Of a stretch of 64,000 nt of DNA, positions 38,657 to 52,989 are shown piece by piece. Position 1 is the first letter of the stretch; every line of letters begins with the position of its first letter. Both the position numbers and the translations under genes were made by a program. The notes beneath the pieces are model-generated. The model did no database searches. It worked only from the letters and a program-made list of their open reading frames with translations, and had not been told where the DNA came from. Source of the stretch: the human T2T-CHM13v2.0 reference genome, Homo sapiens; the NCBI RefSeq assembly GCF_009914755.1, contig NC_060932.1; one strand, written 5' to 3'.

Positions 38657-38766
38657 AGACATGGGTTCTTACTATATTGCCCAGGCTGGACTCCTGGGCT
38701 CAAGCAATCTTCCTGACACTGCCTCCCAGAAAGCTGGGACTGTAGGCACCACCACCATGCCCAGCC
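38657..38766 (-). mobile_element. FLAM/AluJ monomer hosting the AluSc
   Basis: actatattgcccaggctgg..ctcctgggctcaagcaatc...ccaccatgcccagcc. Confidence 0.8.
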
Positions 38767-39656
38767 ATTTTTATTATTATTGCTGTTGTTATTGTTTACA
38801 TAGCAACACTATAAGATAGTTGTTATCTCAACCTTTGCAGGAAGCCACACAATTCGGGATCTGAAGTCAGGTCTGACTGCAGAGCCAGTGCTCCTGACCT
38901 CTCATGACCAGCATGACATTTAATATTGTTTCTTAAACAAAAGAAAATAAAAGAAAAAATTTCTGGTAAGGTTGTTGAATATGTAACAAAGACATTAAAA
39001 TAACTGGCTTAAAGTGCTTTGGGTTAGAATATTAGATTCTGAAAGACTTCCAAAATCGTTAAACCTAAACTTTATTCTTTACAAATGAAGATGTTCAGGC
39101 ATATTCATGCATGTCAAAAGTTTGATACTAGGCATGAAACACTGGCATAGGCATTTGGATGGGGAAAAAACAAACACAAAAAAAGCAAGAGATGATATGC
39201 TTGCCCTTGAAGAGGTTTTGGACCAGTAGAAAAATCTTCAAGTAACCTAACTCTGAAAGTGGGCATGCTGTGCTGAACTACTTAGCAACAGCCCAGACTC
39301 CAGATGTCAGCTTCTTGCTCAGAAGGCTCTGCCTTTTATCTTTGTATTACCATGTTATGGTAAAATAATCAATTCAGCTTAACATGGAAATTTCTGTAGG
39401 AAATGCTTTGCTTTTAACAACTCTCATATCCCAGAAATTCATCTTTCCCACAGTGACCTTGATGGCCCCGAGCATGTCTTGAAGCAGTGACATTGCAGAG
39501 GGTTAAATACACAATCCACTGTCTTCCCCACCTTCCCTGTAGAACTTCAAATGTGTGCACCAGCCAGAAAAGTCCGCCATTGCCCTCTCCCACCCTCCTG
39601 TCCATGCATTTCCTCTTCCTCTGTGAATTCCTTGTGACAATTCATGTTCATTGTCA

Positions 39657-40019
<363 letters not shown>

Positions 40020-40124
40020 TCAGAGTTTTAGCAGCAGTCTCCCCCATGTAAAATATAAAGTGATGCTTTATGCTTGCTTGGTTGAGTGCATGCTAGAAGT
40101 GATTATAGATCAGGAAATGGATAG

Positions 40125-40440
40125 TGACCTAAGCGAATTAACACAGGAACAGAAAACCAAATACTGCATGTTTCCACATATAAGTGAAAGCTAGGCATTG
40201 AGTACACATGGACATAAAGAAGAAAACAACAGACACTGGGGCCTACCTGAGGGTGAGGGGTGGGAGGAGGTAAAGATTGAAAAACTGCATATCTGGCATT
40301 ATGATGATTACCTGGGTGACAAAAAAAAAAATCTGTATACCAAACCCCCATGACATGAAATTTACTCATGTAACAAACCTGCACATGTACCCCTTGAACC
40401 TAAAATAAAAGATAGAAAAAAAAAAAGAATAAAAAAAAGA
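40125..40440 (+). mobile_element. L1PA15/16-like 3' end
   Basis: ctaagcgaattaacacaggaacagaaaaccaaatactgcatg...aacctgcacatgtacccc; A-tail; TSD g(g/a)aaatggata. Confidence 0.92.
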
Positions 40441-40477
40441 AAATGGATATTTAAAATACTATTAAAAATATATTTAG

Positions 40478-42980
40478 AATGATGTGAGCAAAAATAACTG
40501 AGTAGTGGCATCTAGGAGCCATCTCATCCCAGAAACACTGAAAACCTTGGGAAAACTGTCAGAATCAATCTTATCAGAGCTCTGGAAATTGGTCAAAGAT
40601 TTACAGCAACCAAGTGACCACTTAGGCAGAAGAAAGTTGGCTGAAGTGGGATAAGAGATCTTTGTGGCATTATCCTAGCATCCCCTTCCCAGGCATGGTG
40701 GAGGTCTTGCAGATGATAGCCTGCATTCCCAGTGTGAGTGTCTGATTCTGGAGAGAGCAGAACAGACGCTGTTTCCAAGGAATTGTGTTTGTCTGCTTTG
40801 TTCTGACTGGGGTTTCCCCAAAGGAATGCCTAAACCAGGATGCAGAGACTACTTGGTTCTAAAAAACCATGAAAGCCAAATGAATAAGCTGCTGCTACCT
40901 GGGGCAAAAAATAACAACTGGGACAAGCAATGAGCCATTGGGAGCAAAAAAATAGCAACTGGGGCAAACAATAGAATTGTCAAAAGCCTGGGAGGGAAAA
41001 CCAGGGAGTGAGATTTTGGGGAGGCACAGGGGCTTTGAAAAGTTACTGCATATAAGAGGAAACCCAAAAAGCACATTCTTGGGACAGAGCTTATGTTGAG
41101 CAACATAAGCTGAAAAGACCCTGGTTGGTCTTAGGCTCAGTGCAAGCAAGCAGCACAGGCAAGGGCAGTGCTGTAAATGATTTGGCTAAGCATTAAAGGA
41201 GTGTCTCAGCACCACACCCATCTGCAGATACGTGGAGGGTATATTTTCTTTTCTTCCTTCTTTTTCTATTTTCTTTTGCACATCATAATACTTAAAATGC
41301 AAGTTTTAACAAACAATTATGAAGCACACATAGAAATAAGAATGTATGGCTCTTTCATGGAAAAAAAAAATTAACAGAAAGTGTACCTGAGGAAGCATAG
41401 ACACTAGATTTACTAGACAAAGACAAATATCTTAAATATGTTCAAAAGGCTAAAGGAAACCATGAACAAAGCATTGAAGGAAATCAGGAGAGTGATGTCT
41501 CCACAAATTAAGAATATCAATAAAGAAACACAAATTATAAAAGGAACCAAATAGAAACTTTGGAGCTGAAAAGTACAATAACGGAAGTCAAAGCTTTACT
41601 GGAGGAGTTCCACAATATATTTAAGCAGACAGAACAAAGAATCAGTGAGCTTGAAAATAGGTCAAATTAAATTACCCAGTTTGAGAAGCATAAAAAAATA
41701 AGAATTTAAAAAAATTAACAGAACTTAAGAGTACCCATTGACATCTCAGAAAATGAGGAGGGAGGCCACGCATGGTGGCTCACACCTGTAATCCCGCACT
41801 TTGGGAGGCCAAGGCAGGAGGATCACTTGAGCTCAGGAGTTCAAGACCAGCCTTGGTGACATAGTGAGACCCTGTCTCTATTAAAAAAAAATTAATTGAA
41901 AAAAAGAAAGTGAGGACAGAAAGAGGCAGAAAAATATTTGAAGAAATAATAATTGAAAACATTCCAAATTTGATAAAAGACATGAATCTACACATCCAAG
42001 AAACCTGATGAACTCAAAGTAAGGTAAATTCAAAGAGTTCCACACCAAAACAGCTTGATATTATCAAATTGTCAAAAGAGCAAATCTTGAAATCAACAAG
42101 AGAGAAGCAAAACATACAAGTAACCTTCAATAAGATTTTCAGCCGATATTGCTTCAGGAACCATGCAAGTTAAAAGGCAGCAGGATAACATACCTAAGGT
42201 GCTGGGGAGAAAAGATAACCAATCTGTCAACTATCCTGGCAAAGCTATCCTTCAAGAATGAATGATAAAGTAAGATGTCCTCAGATAAACAAAAGCTGAG
42301 GGAATTTATTACTAACCTGCCCTACAAGAAGTGTCAAAGGGTGCCCTCCAGGCTGAAATGGAAGGACACTAACCATAGAAGAAATAAAGATCACTAGTGA
42401 AGGGAACCCTAAAGGTAAATATAAAAGCAAGCATTATTGTATTTTTGGTGTGTGACTCCTTTTTTTCCCCTCTGTGATTTAAAAGACAAAGGCATAAGAC
42501 ACTAACTAAAACTCTATGTTAATGAGTATGAAATGGATAAAGATGTAATCTGTGACAATAACTATAAAAAAGGAGGAACACAGATGTATAGGAATACATC
42601 TGTGTATACTATTGCAGCTAAGTTGGTATTAATTTAAGCTTGGTTGTTTAAAGTTTAAGATGTTAACTATAATCTCCAAGATAACCATTAAGAAAATAAC
42701 TAAAAAATATACAGGAATGGAAATAAGAAGGGGGTTCAGAATATACACATGCATAGAGACAGAAAGCAGATCAGTGGTGGTTCTAGGGTCTGATGTGGAG
42801 TTGGGGGAAATGGGAAGTGACTCTTCATTGGGTTTTCATTGGTGGCATTGATAAAGCTCTGGTACTAGATGGTGGCTATGGCTGTGCAACAATGTGTGTG
42901 CACTTAATGCCACTAAACTGTACACTTTAGAATTGCTACAATACTAAATTTTATATAATCTCTATGTTACCACAACTCTT
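40478..42980 (+). mobile_element. Old L1M 5' UTR/ORF1/inter-ORF remnant joined to an L1MB-type 3' end
   Basis: gtcagaatcaatcttatcagagctctggaaatt; ORF1-like ttggagctgaaaagtacaataac, gacatgaatctacacatccaag; 3' agagacagaaagcagatcagtgg...taatgccactaaactgtacacttta. Confidence 0.8.
41764..41910 (+). mobile_element. FLAM_C / Alu left monomer
   Basis: ggccacgcatggtggctcacacctgtaatcc...gagaccctgtctcta plus A-rich tail. Confidence 0.9.
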
Positions 42981-43118
42981 GTTTATTTTTTATTTTTTCT
43001 TAAAGACAGGGTCTTGCTATGTTGCCAAGGCTGTTCTCAAACTCCTGGGCTTAAGCAATCCTCCTGCCTTGGCCTCTCAAAGTGCTAGTATTACAGGTGT
43101 GAGCCATAGTGCCCAGCC
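42980..43118 (-). mobile_element. FLAM_C / Alu left monomer
   Basis: agacagggtcttgctatgttgcc...gtgagccatagtgcccagcc. Confidence 0.9.
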
Positions 43119-43174
43119 ACCACAATTCTTTAAAAAGGTAAAAAACAAACAACAACAACAACAAGAAAAAACAC

Positions 43175-44001
43175 TGAAACTGGAAACTTCCCTTGATCAC
43201 TTTGCAGGCCTCATGACAGAGGTTCCTGGCTTACTCAGCCTGCAGCTCTCAACCCCTTGGGAAGGGGAGCACACAGGTAAGCGAGTGCAGACCCTGGAGC
43301 AAGTGCTTCTGGGCACCAGTAGGAGCCAAACTCTGTGCAGCCTCACAGCAGCATCTAGTGGGGAGTACCTGCAACCCTCAAAGCCCCAGAAGGCATGTGT
43401 TACAGTGCTCTTGCAGCTTTGCCATCCACAGACAGCTTAAGTGTTTAACAGTTCAGTGGGCCCTCTGCCTTTTTGCATGAGGCAGTTGCTCTCTGTCAGC
43501 AGGGGCAGAGGGTCAGTGTGACAGCCTTCTGTATCCCAAGCTCTTGTCCAGCACCCAGGAAAAATCAGGTGGCCCAAATGAATTGAAGGGTAGTAAATGT
43601 GGAGAGTTTATTGCTGATGAAAGTGCCTCTCAGTGGGAGGAGGAGCTGTAAAGGGGATGGAGTGGGAAGGTATTTTTCTTCTGAAGTATGGTCATCTCCA
43701 GCTGGACTCTTCTCTGAAGTCCCACCATCAAGCTGTCCCTCTGAAGTCAAGCTGCTTCTCTCTGATGTTCAGCTGCTTCTTCTCTTTTCCCCTTCTCTGC
43801 TCTCTGCCAGTAGAGCCTGGGTTTTTTCTGGGAACAGGATGGAGGCTGGGGTGGACCAGGGGTGGTTTTGGAAAAAGCAATATTTGGGCCAGAAAACAGG
43901 GATGTTCTCACTTTGGGCTGCAGTTCCAGGCTTGAGGGTGGGGCTTTGCCAGGGACCCCACCCTTTTCTGCCTAGAATTTCTCTGCCTCCCATCCCTATC
44001 A
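43175..44001 (-). mobile_element. MER50-family ERV1 solo LTR
   Basis: Minus strand begins tgatagggatgggaggcagagaaattctaggcagaaaagggtggggtccctggc; TG..CA termini; 4-bp TSD acac/ccac. Confidence 0.8.
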
Positions 44002-46352
44002 CCACCACAGCCTTCACTCAAAGAGATCATTCCAACTGCTTCAGGCCTTAATGAGAACCCAAATCCAATACTGTGCCATAGAAGTTACAACAAGCATCTG
44101 GAAACACACCCACATCCTCCTTCTCCAAGTCATGCTCCATGTTCCCCAGATGCCTTCACAGCCTTTGAGGCCCTGGCATCAGCCATGCCAGATACTACAC
44201 AAAATAAGGCAAGGAGAACTGAGTCCTGGTGCTCAGTGATAAACAAGGATGGTAAATTATGATAATGAGTGTTATTGATAACAATAAGGAAGATTCTCAC
44301 CCCAGTTTCTTAAATGTTCTGTTTGGTGCTTAGCACCTTAGACTTTATTCTATTTAGCACCAATACCATTCTGTTATTAATTCATTAGGAATCTGTTTTT
44401 TTTCACTAGGCAGTGAACTTCTGTTGATCCCTGTATCTGGTAATATCTGGAACATAATGAGTGTTTAATCAATATCGACTGACTAAATATGTGCACATCT
44501 TTACAATGTTCCAGGAAACAGGGAGTCTGATTCCTTAAGAAGCCAAAGGGTAAAAATATGGAAACTCTTCACCTGGAGAGATAAGCCACGGGATTGAGAG
44601 ATCCAGGGATTTTAATGATACTGTCTGCTTTTCCTTCAGGTACAAAGTCATATGTTGGTAGGGCTGTGGAAATAATGAGGCTATCATTTATTCAAATGTG
44701 TTTGTATTTGTTTTGTTTTATTTCATTTGTCAATCTAAGTTCTAGGAGTCCCTTTCTCCTTCCTGAATTTTTGTAAATAACCTAGATTTTGGTTGGTTTC
44801 TAATGTTTGCAAATGGTGCTTAGTTTTCTGTTTTTTGTCTTGAAACTTGAAGAGATCCACCACGTTAAGTAAAATAGAGTTATCTGGCAAAAAAAAAAAA
44901 AAAAAGAAAAAAGAAATCAGAAAACACAGACTGTGATGACAGTTTGGGAGTTTCATTGTCATTTGTTTCTGGTTTTTAATAGTTGCTTCTGGTTTGTAAT
45001 AATGCTTTAGAAGCTGAATACAATTGTAAAAGAAATACAGTGTCTGAATCAATTTTCCTGTACTTTGCAATTCAATTCCTGACTTCAAATGAAAGTCAAT
45101 TTTTCACTTTTAAAAGGTATGTGTGTATATATTCTACCACTAAGATTACCTCCAAAAACTTACAAGAGTTAGTAATTCCTTGTGGGATTTTTTTTCAGCT
45201 CATTTAAACTTGTTAACACTTCAGGAGAATGCTACATGCTAAAATTGGGAGCCCATCACACAATAACAGCTAACTGTTAGCACTGGCAGAGGCAGCTATG
45301 CTAAAAGCTAACAAAGTCTGAGCTTCAGGACCCTTTATTTGCATGGCCCCTTCCAACGTCCTGAGAAGCAATGTCCAGCAATGGCTTCACATGGTCATAT
45401 TTTCATACAATGTGCAAAATAAGATAGTTTAACTGTGTTTGCTATGACAACATTTTTGAGATCCAGCTAAGGGGAAGTTGAGGTAGAGATACATTTATGT
45501 AGGGATTAGTGGGAAGTATTTATAAGGTTCGTGGTCACCTCTGCGTATAGTTAAGTAATGGGCAGCTGCCCTGGGATAGGAATGGCTTCCACCAACCACT
45601 GTAGCAATTCACTCAGCATCATGACACCAAGACGTTGCAGGAGATGTGCATACACAACTTAGTTTCTTAATCTTGTAGGAGAAAATTTGCCTCCACAGCA
45701 CCTGGAGATGTTGACCACTTCGGTATGGTATTTTGCGGCTGATGTATATTGTCTTCTGGGATTAGTGTCATACAATTGGATTTGGTGTCATACAATTTGA
45801 ATTTTTCTTTAAAGAGTTTAAATGTAACGAGATGATCTGCTCATTTTAAAACTGTCTGAGGTTTGCAATGAGTCACATTTTAAAGATCTCAGCTGTATTT
45901 TCTAAAACCAGGAAAAAAAGTCACAAACAAGATGCAATTTATTCAAAGAGTTGATAACGTTTAAATATGCAATTTGGAAAAAAGCTTTGGAATACTTCTT
46001 TAAAACAAATTTTAAAAACTACAGCCCCCTGATTTGGATGTGTATGAAAGGTACATACCTTCCTTTGTCATTTTTATTTATATAGAGAATAATCAAATAA
46101 AAATTACACCACATGAAATGAATAAAAAATAGCAATGAAATAGAAAGTATTCTGATATTAAGAAGTGTTTTTCTTAAATTTTCAAGTCAGACCAAAAGCA
46201 GTAATTCATTAAGAGAAAGAAATACATTTGAAATAGAAATAATGAATCAATTCCTTCATTGTCTGTGTAGAGGAGTGAATCATAAGAACAATGAAAAAGA
46301 TTTACCTGCTTTGCTGATTTGAAATAAACTATCAACATCTATGAAGACAACT

Positions 46353-47136
<784 letters not shown>

Positions 47137-47871
47137 ATACAATAATATTGTATACAATATTACAATAATACAATAACATAAAATACTGTGGAAAAGACAT
47201 CCACAACTAATTGGCTAGACTATCAAGAATTCAAGACGCACTTAAGATTAGTATTTGCGCAGGAAAACTTGGAATGCCCTGAAATCATACAGCTCATATA
47301 CAAAAGAGAGTTGATCGTTTTCCCTAATTTGATAACAACGCTAAAACTTTATATGGCATCATTGTGAAGTTGAAAGAAATTTCTCGAACTATTAATAATG
47401 ATAAACAAATCTTGATCAAGCATGCTAGAGTTAAGACTTTCTAATTTTGTTATAGAAAAGCATAGTATATAAAATTGTCAAATGGAGAGAAAAGAAGATG
47501 AGGAGAAAAGTGCAGCAAAAAATAATGACTAATGAGATGTGTCAGGCAATTAATAAAAATATGATGCTGTTTCAATTGGGTTTTCTGGCAATTATGACAT
47601 TGGTTTGCTTTTTAAATATTCACCTAATTTTGCATCTGCGCTTTTGTAATCTCTTTCAAAATTGTTCAGCCTTTGAACTCCACAAAGTCCAGATTCTCGC
47701 TGGAGACCAGGCTCTCTGCTAACCTGCTGCCCGGACTATTCCAACTCATTTTTACCACCACCAGCCTCTCCACTGAAACAGCGGGGTCACCTGCCCCAGG
47801 TTACTTGACTATCTCAGAGGCTTGGGTTTGAACCAGTGTCTAACTCCAAGACCCATCCCTTAGTCATGCAG

Positions 47872-48029
47872 CAGAGGTTCTCAAAGTGTGGTCCCTGGTC
47901 GGCAGCCTGAAATCTCCTGGCTATGCATCATATCGGTTGAGTCAGAGCCTCGGGGCTGGAGCTCTGCAACCCCTGGCTTAACACCCTTTCCAGGTGATTC
48001 GGATGCACACGAAAGTTTAAGAACCACTC
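47872..48029 (+). mobile_element. MER5A hAT MITE
   Basis: cagaggttctcaaagtgtggtccc...ccaggtgattcggatgcacacgaaagtttaagaaccact. Confidence 0.88.
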
Positions 48030-48154
48030 TCTTAAAATATAGTCTGTGAGGCCAACAACCAGCCTCCCTTGTCAGGAGCACTCCTGCATCCTCATAACAT
48101 ACCATGATTTCCTGGTGTGGGATCAGAACCCCGAGCCACTCAGAAGGTGCTGTC

Positions 48155-48244
48155 ACAATGAGCTGACTGATTAGAAATAAATCAACCAGAACGGAGAAAT
48201 TCAGTCAGCATTACCGAACACAGATATAAACATTAACTTACGTC
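48155..48244 (+). repeat. Local dispersed duplication, copy A (partner 49193-49279)
   Basis: acaatgagctgactgattagaaataaatcaaccagaa...gaacacagatataaaca; 4 substitutions and a 3-bp indel between copies. Confidence 0.97.
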
Positions 48245-48415
48245 CTTCAGTGAAATTATACCCTTAAAAGAATATACCGAGTAGCAGTCTATTGGCATAT
48301 GTTGTTAAGGACCGATGTTTCTTTCCAAGCCGGTAACTCCAATAGAGCAGGGTACCGCACACACGGTGGCCGCTCAAGCCCAGAATTTCCCCAGCCTTTC
48401 AGCGCAACTCTGACG

Positions 48416-48437
48416 GTCAGGCGCCATCTGGTGGAAC
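48416..48437 (-). promoter_or_regulatory. Candidate CTCF site
   Basis: Minus strand CCACCAGATGGCGC (48421-48434) fits the CTCF core CCASYAGRKGGCRS exactly; lies in a locally CpG-rich patch. Confidence 0.7.
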
Positions 48438-49192
48438 GATCTTGGCACTGCACAAAAATAACAAGTGTGGGCAAGATTTGGTTTTGTTTGTTTTGCTTTA
48501 TTTTTCCTCCAACTTATCACAGACTGAAAATAGTTTTGTAAAAGATAATGACAATTTGGAAAAGTAAAATGAAGAAAACATACATATAAAGTCTTCTTTT
48601 TTAAGTTTCGAATTGCAGTGAAAGTTTCTAATGCTGGCTTTCCCCTGTCCTCATCCTGGGCTAAAGAGTGTGCAGGCTAGCTGGGGTCCACAGTCTGAGT
48701 AGCCTTGCATTGCTTAACATGCAAGCTATACACCTAAGAACCTTTATTTTTGTAGAAAGGGCTTCCTTTGTTAGAATGAAGAAAGAATAAACATGCTTGT
48801 CTAAACGCAAACATGGATTCTGCGCTGGTCCTGAAGTGACAACCCAATCACCATGCACTAGTGAGATTTCTGACATTTATTTAAACTTTTCATCCCAGTC
48901 AGAAAGGTTAAAAAATTGTTTAAATAAAAATAAATAAATAAAATTTGTATTTGTTGTTTGTATTTTGTTTCTTAAAAAGAGAAAGAGTACATATTTCTAA
49001 AACAATCTGTTGCTGTGAGTTAATAAGGACTTTTAAAAAAAATCTCTGTAGATCAGGTTTTTGTTTTCATTGTTTACTTTGCATTTGACATTTCAGTATC
49101 ATTACACAATGCCACCACAATGACTAAGTGGTGAAGAACAATGGCTAAAAATCAAATAGTGGTTTAGGGCTTCATTATTGAAAATCTAATTG

Positions 49193-49279
49193 ACAATGAG
49201 CTGACTGATTAGAAATAAATCAACCAGAATGGAGAAATTCAGTCAACATTACTGAACACAGATATAAACAACTTATGTC
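49193..49279 (+). repeat. Local dispersed duplication, copy B (partner 48155-48244)
   Basis: Direct alignment to copy A. Confidence 0.97.
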
Positions 49280-49770
49280 ACTAAATGTTAAAATAGTGCT
49301 CAGAAGAATGAAAAATTAAAACTTGAAATAAGGATCAATCATTAACCAGTTGCCTAAAAATGTATTTGAAAAAATTAACAAAAGCAAATTACAAGTAATC
49401 ACATGTAATGATCATCACAGCAGAAAATTTATTGTGACTCCAGTACGTTATTTTAAAATAAATTTTCTTCTTTCTCGTCATCTCTAAAGCACATACATTT
49501 CACAACTTTTAAAGTCTATATCTTTGTAAGATGACTGAAAGCTCCTCAGCCTTTCATTCATGATTTAATTGCATGAAATTTTAATTCAATACCGATTGAA
49601 CAAGTAGGTTTTTATTGTTTTGTCATTTGCAGATTTAACAAATTTTCATCAAAGTGCTATTCTTTCTAGTTTTAACCATTTGTAAATTTTAAAGAATATA
49701 TAATTTGTCTTAGTTAATTAAATTTCTTCTAAGGAAGAGTACTTATTTCTTCCTATTGTGAACCATTAAC

Positions 49771-50229
49771 TGTTAAAAAAAACTTCATTCACGGTAAGGC
49801 CGACTTTATTTGAGACCATCTCAAGAGGCATAGACAAATGCAATGGGAATTTGCAGTAGGGGAGAAATTGGGCTCCACTCTGAATACAGCCTTCGCAAGT
49901 GAGAACTGATATCCAAGGAGCCAGATCGGGGTCGGGGAATGGAAAATTACTAAGAGGAAAGTCAGGGATAAGGGGGATTCTAGCTAACTTGACCTAGGAG
50001 GATTCTCAAAGGCAGGCTAGGCTGATCAGACCCCACCTGGGGGGTGGGGGAGGATAAGACACCCAGAAACTGAAGGTGATGAGATATGTAGGGTGGAGGG
50101 TTCTGGCTAAAGTGACTTCGTGAGATTCTTACTAGACTAGAAGTGGATTTTACAAGGAAGTGCAGAGATGGACCTAAGAGAAGGTTCAAGAGCCTGGCTA
50201 AAGTTTGATCAGGCAAAGAATCTTTGTTA
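49771..50229 (-). mobile_element. MER31-like ERV1 3' LTR
   Basis: Minus strand begins taacaaagattctttgcctgatcaaactttagccaggctcttgaaccttctc; preceded by polypurine tract AAAAGGGGGACAC (50230-50242). Confidence 0.8.
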
Positions 50230-52340
50230 GTGTCCCCCTTTTGTTCAAGGAGAGAAGAAACATTGTTAATTCCTTTGGAAAATAGAAATCCAATTTCTTG
50301 TTCAGTCACCTTTTTTGTTCATTGAAGATCTGCTGACCCATCTGCTGGAACTTGATGGTGAGGAGGCCTCCTGGATGGCGCTCACAGTCAGATATTTAAC
50401 AAGTGGAGTTTCTATGAAAACACAAGAAAAACAAGACTAATAGCTAGAAACTCAGTTTCTGAGTCGAGAGGACAGCCAGCCGAGCTTGAAGCACCTTCAG
50501 GTGGTAGAGCCATCATGGCAGATATGGCCATCGACACAGTCCCTGGTTTACAGCCAAATGCCTGTGGTGATGGTATTGAGTGTTCTGATGAACCTTCTGA
50601 GTGGCCACACATCAACAGGCACGAAGGTTGTCTACTGGATTTGTCGTGGGTATTTCTCTGAAGTTTATATAAGTTCCTATTATTTTCAACTTGCAGGGCT
50701 TCAGGAAAACGGAAGTTTTAGTTTTTAGGGATGCCATGTCAGGAAGATAGGAGAAAATTGGAAACGTTAATTTAGAGAGTTGTAACCAGATATGGAACGA
50801 AGCTAGAACTGAGCAGGACCAGTCAGGTTCACAGGCAGATAATAAAACCCCAAAGATAAAGAACAGGGACAGAACCTCATAACTCACAGGATGTGCTATA
50901 GTTTTCTATTGGAATGTAATTTTTCTTTCTAAAGCCACCATTATTTCTATCAAGTAAGACTATTTTGTTTGCAAAGTAAGTCTCATCCCATTAACCTTAG
51001 CCTGATCATTTTTGTAAGTACAGAAAGAATGGTAGTTGACCAAAAGGCCTTTGCTTAGTTTGCACTGCTGGAACTTTCCATTAAGAACCTCATATTAGAC
51101 TTTTAAAAGCTGCTTGAGGCTACAAAGTCAAGCCAAGAACTCAACTCCAGACTTCATCTTCAATACCTAGAGATTTGAGTGAATTATTCTCTTTTTAGAG
51201 TCCCTAAGATATTTTAAGTTTCCTGGACCAGGAAGTGACATTTCTTACTCCTGTAAGGCAAGGAATGCTGTAAGCCAGGTACCAGGACATTTTTTTCCCC
51301 CAAAAGGGCTTTGTAAGCCTTGGCTCCATAAAGTCAGCTTTAGTTCCTAAAAACTGTCTGGTCATGCCTAATTTTGTGCACATTATTCTCAAATATGACA
51401 TTCCAGTCAAAACCCATGAAATATAACCAATGTTTCCAATAAAACCATGTCTTGTTATAATGAGAACAAATTCTTATTGAGCTTATGCAAAATAACTACA
51501 TTGCAATGAAAATAGAAATACTCGATGAGCATTTCCAAAGTCCGGGCAGAGTTTCCAAAGTCTGGAAAAAAAATCAATGTTTCATTTTTGTTTATAAAGG
51601 CATACTTTACCAAATAGCTGTAGGCTACAAATAGCTAAAGAGGATGGGGGAAAAGGGTTCCTTATATCTGGAAAATAAAACATTGAAGCACAAGAAATGT
51701 TCCACAATAAAAACTGTAATCCTGCTTTCTCAGTCTATGCATTCCCCTGCGGCACACCTGTGCTGCTTGACCTTGGATGAAGTCTCATGTACCCATCAGT
51801 TTCTTCATGAGCATTCTAAAAATTCTGACCCAGTCCACTGCTGTGATCTTCAGGTTCTCAGAAACCCGTCCTTGTCAGTCTTTTTTATGAATATCTTTAA
51901 AGGTGAAACACTTTTGAATTACAGCTGCTTACAGAAGCTTGAGGAAAGCATCAGAGTAAAACAGTCTGTGAAAACAAAAGACTTAAAGTAGCCATACTGA
52001 TCTGATAAGAGTTCATTTAGTAAGAAAAGTTAGCTATTTCTGTAGCATATAACATTTTCACATAATAACCGGAATTATGACTGATAACATTATGCCACAC
52101 ATAATAGGAACAGCAAACGTACGGACAGATTTCTATGAACTTCACATCAGTTCTGAAATACTTATATTAGCAACATTTACCTATACAAATATAACATAGG
52201 GAAGGTTAAGCATCACTTTTCATTTGCCAACATTTCCCATGTGACTTAGCCTATCAAATAAACCTAATTAGTTAACATTTCTTTTACATAGTGAGAGACA
52301 AAGCCTTTGAGATTTTCCAGGGGCCCTCTGCTGGCAAATT
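50230..52340 (-). mobile_element. MER31/MER4-group ERV1 internal sequence, non-coding
   Basis: Abuts the PPT and LTR; typical MER4-group internal motifs (ttcttattgagcttatgcaaaataactacattgc, ggaattatgactgataacatt). Confidence 0.75.
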
Positions 52341-52595
52341 CTGTGAAAGTTAAAAGGAAAGAATTTCAAATCTCTAAGACAAAAAATTGTGAAATTGTCC
52401 ATTTATCTACACGGCTCCCAGCAATCAGTTTGAATGCCTTTATTTTATGAATGTAATGAATGTTTTCAAATCATAGGGGAACATGCGTGTGTCCAGCATA
52501 GTCCCGGGAATATGGTAGATGCTTTGTGATGATGTGAGAAGGAGCAGAAAGAGTGGAGGGAATACCTCTAATTCGGTAGAGGTTAATACTGCTAA

Positions 52596-52989
52596 TTAAT
52601 CTTGGCCTGATCATTTTCATAAATGCAGCAAGAATGGTAGTTCACCAAAAAGCCTTTGCTTAGTTTGCTTTGCTGGAACTTTTCATAAAGAATCTCATAT
52701 TGGACTTTTAAAAGCTGCTTAAGGCTAGGAAGTCAAACCAAGAACTTGTCTTCACCTTCAAATCAGACTTCACCTTCACTACCTATAAAATCTATAGGGT
52801 GAATTCCTCTCTTCTCAGAGTCTCTAAGATGTTTTAAGTTTCCTGGGCCAGAAAGTGACCTTTCCTACTCATCTATAAGGCAAGGAACCCTATAAGCCAG
52901 GCACCCAGCACACTTTTTTTTTCTCAAGAGGGCTTTGTAAGCATTAGCTCCATAAAGTCAACTTTAGTTCCTGAAAACAGTCTGGTCAT
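52596..52989 (-). mobile_element. Second copy of ERV1-internal segment 50991-51365
   Basis: Colinear alignment over about 380 bp. Confidence 0.85.

Noticed and set aside
42964-44051. Cluster of 100-158 aa overlapping ORFs
   Set aside because: They lie in a FLAM and a GC-rich MER50-type LTR; no retroviral protein similarity.
48155-49279. Direct repeats read as LTRs or as a CRISPR-like array
   Set aside because: Only two copies, no TG..CA termini, PBS, PPT or TSD, and no repeat-spacer periodicity or cas genes.
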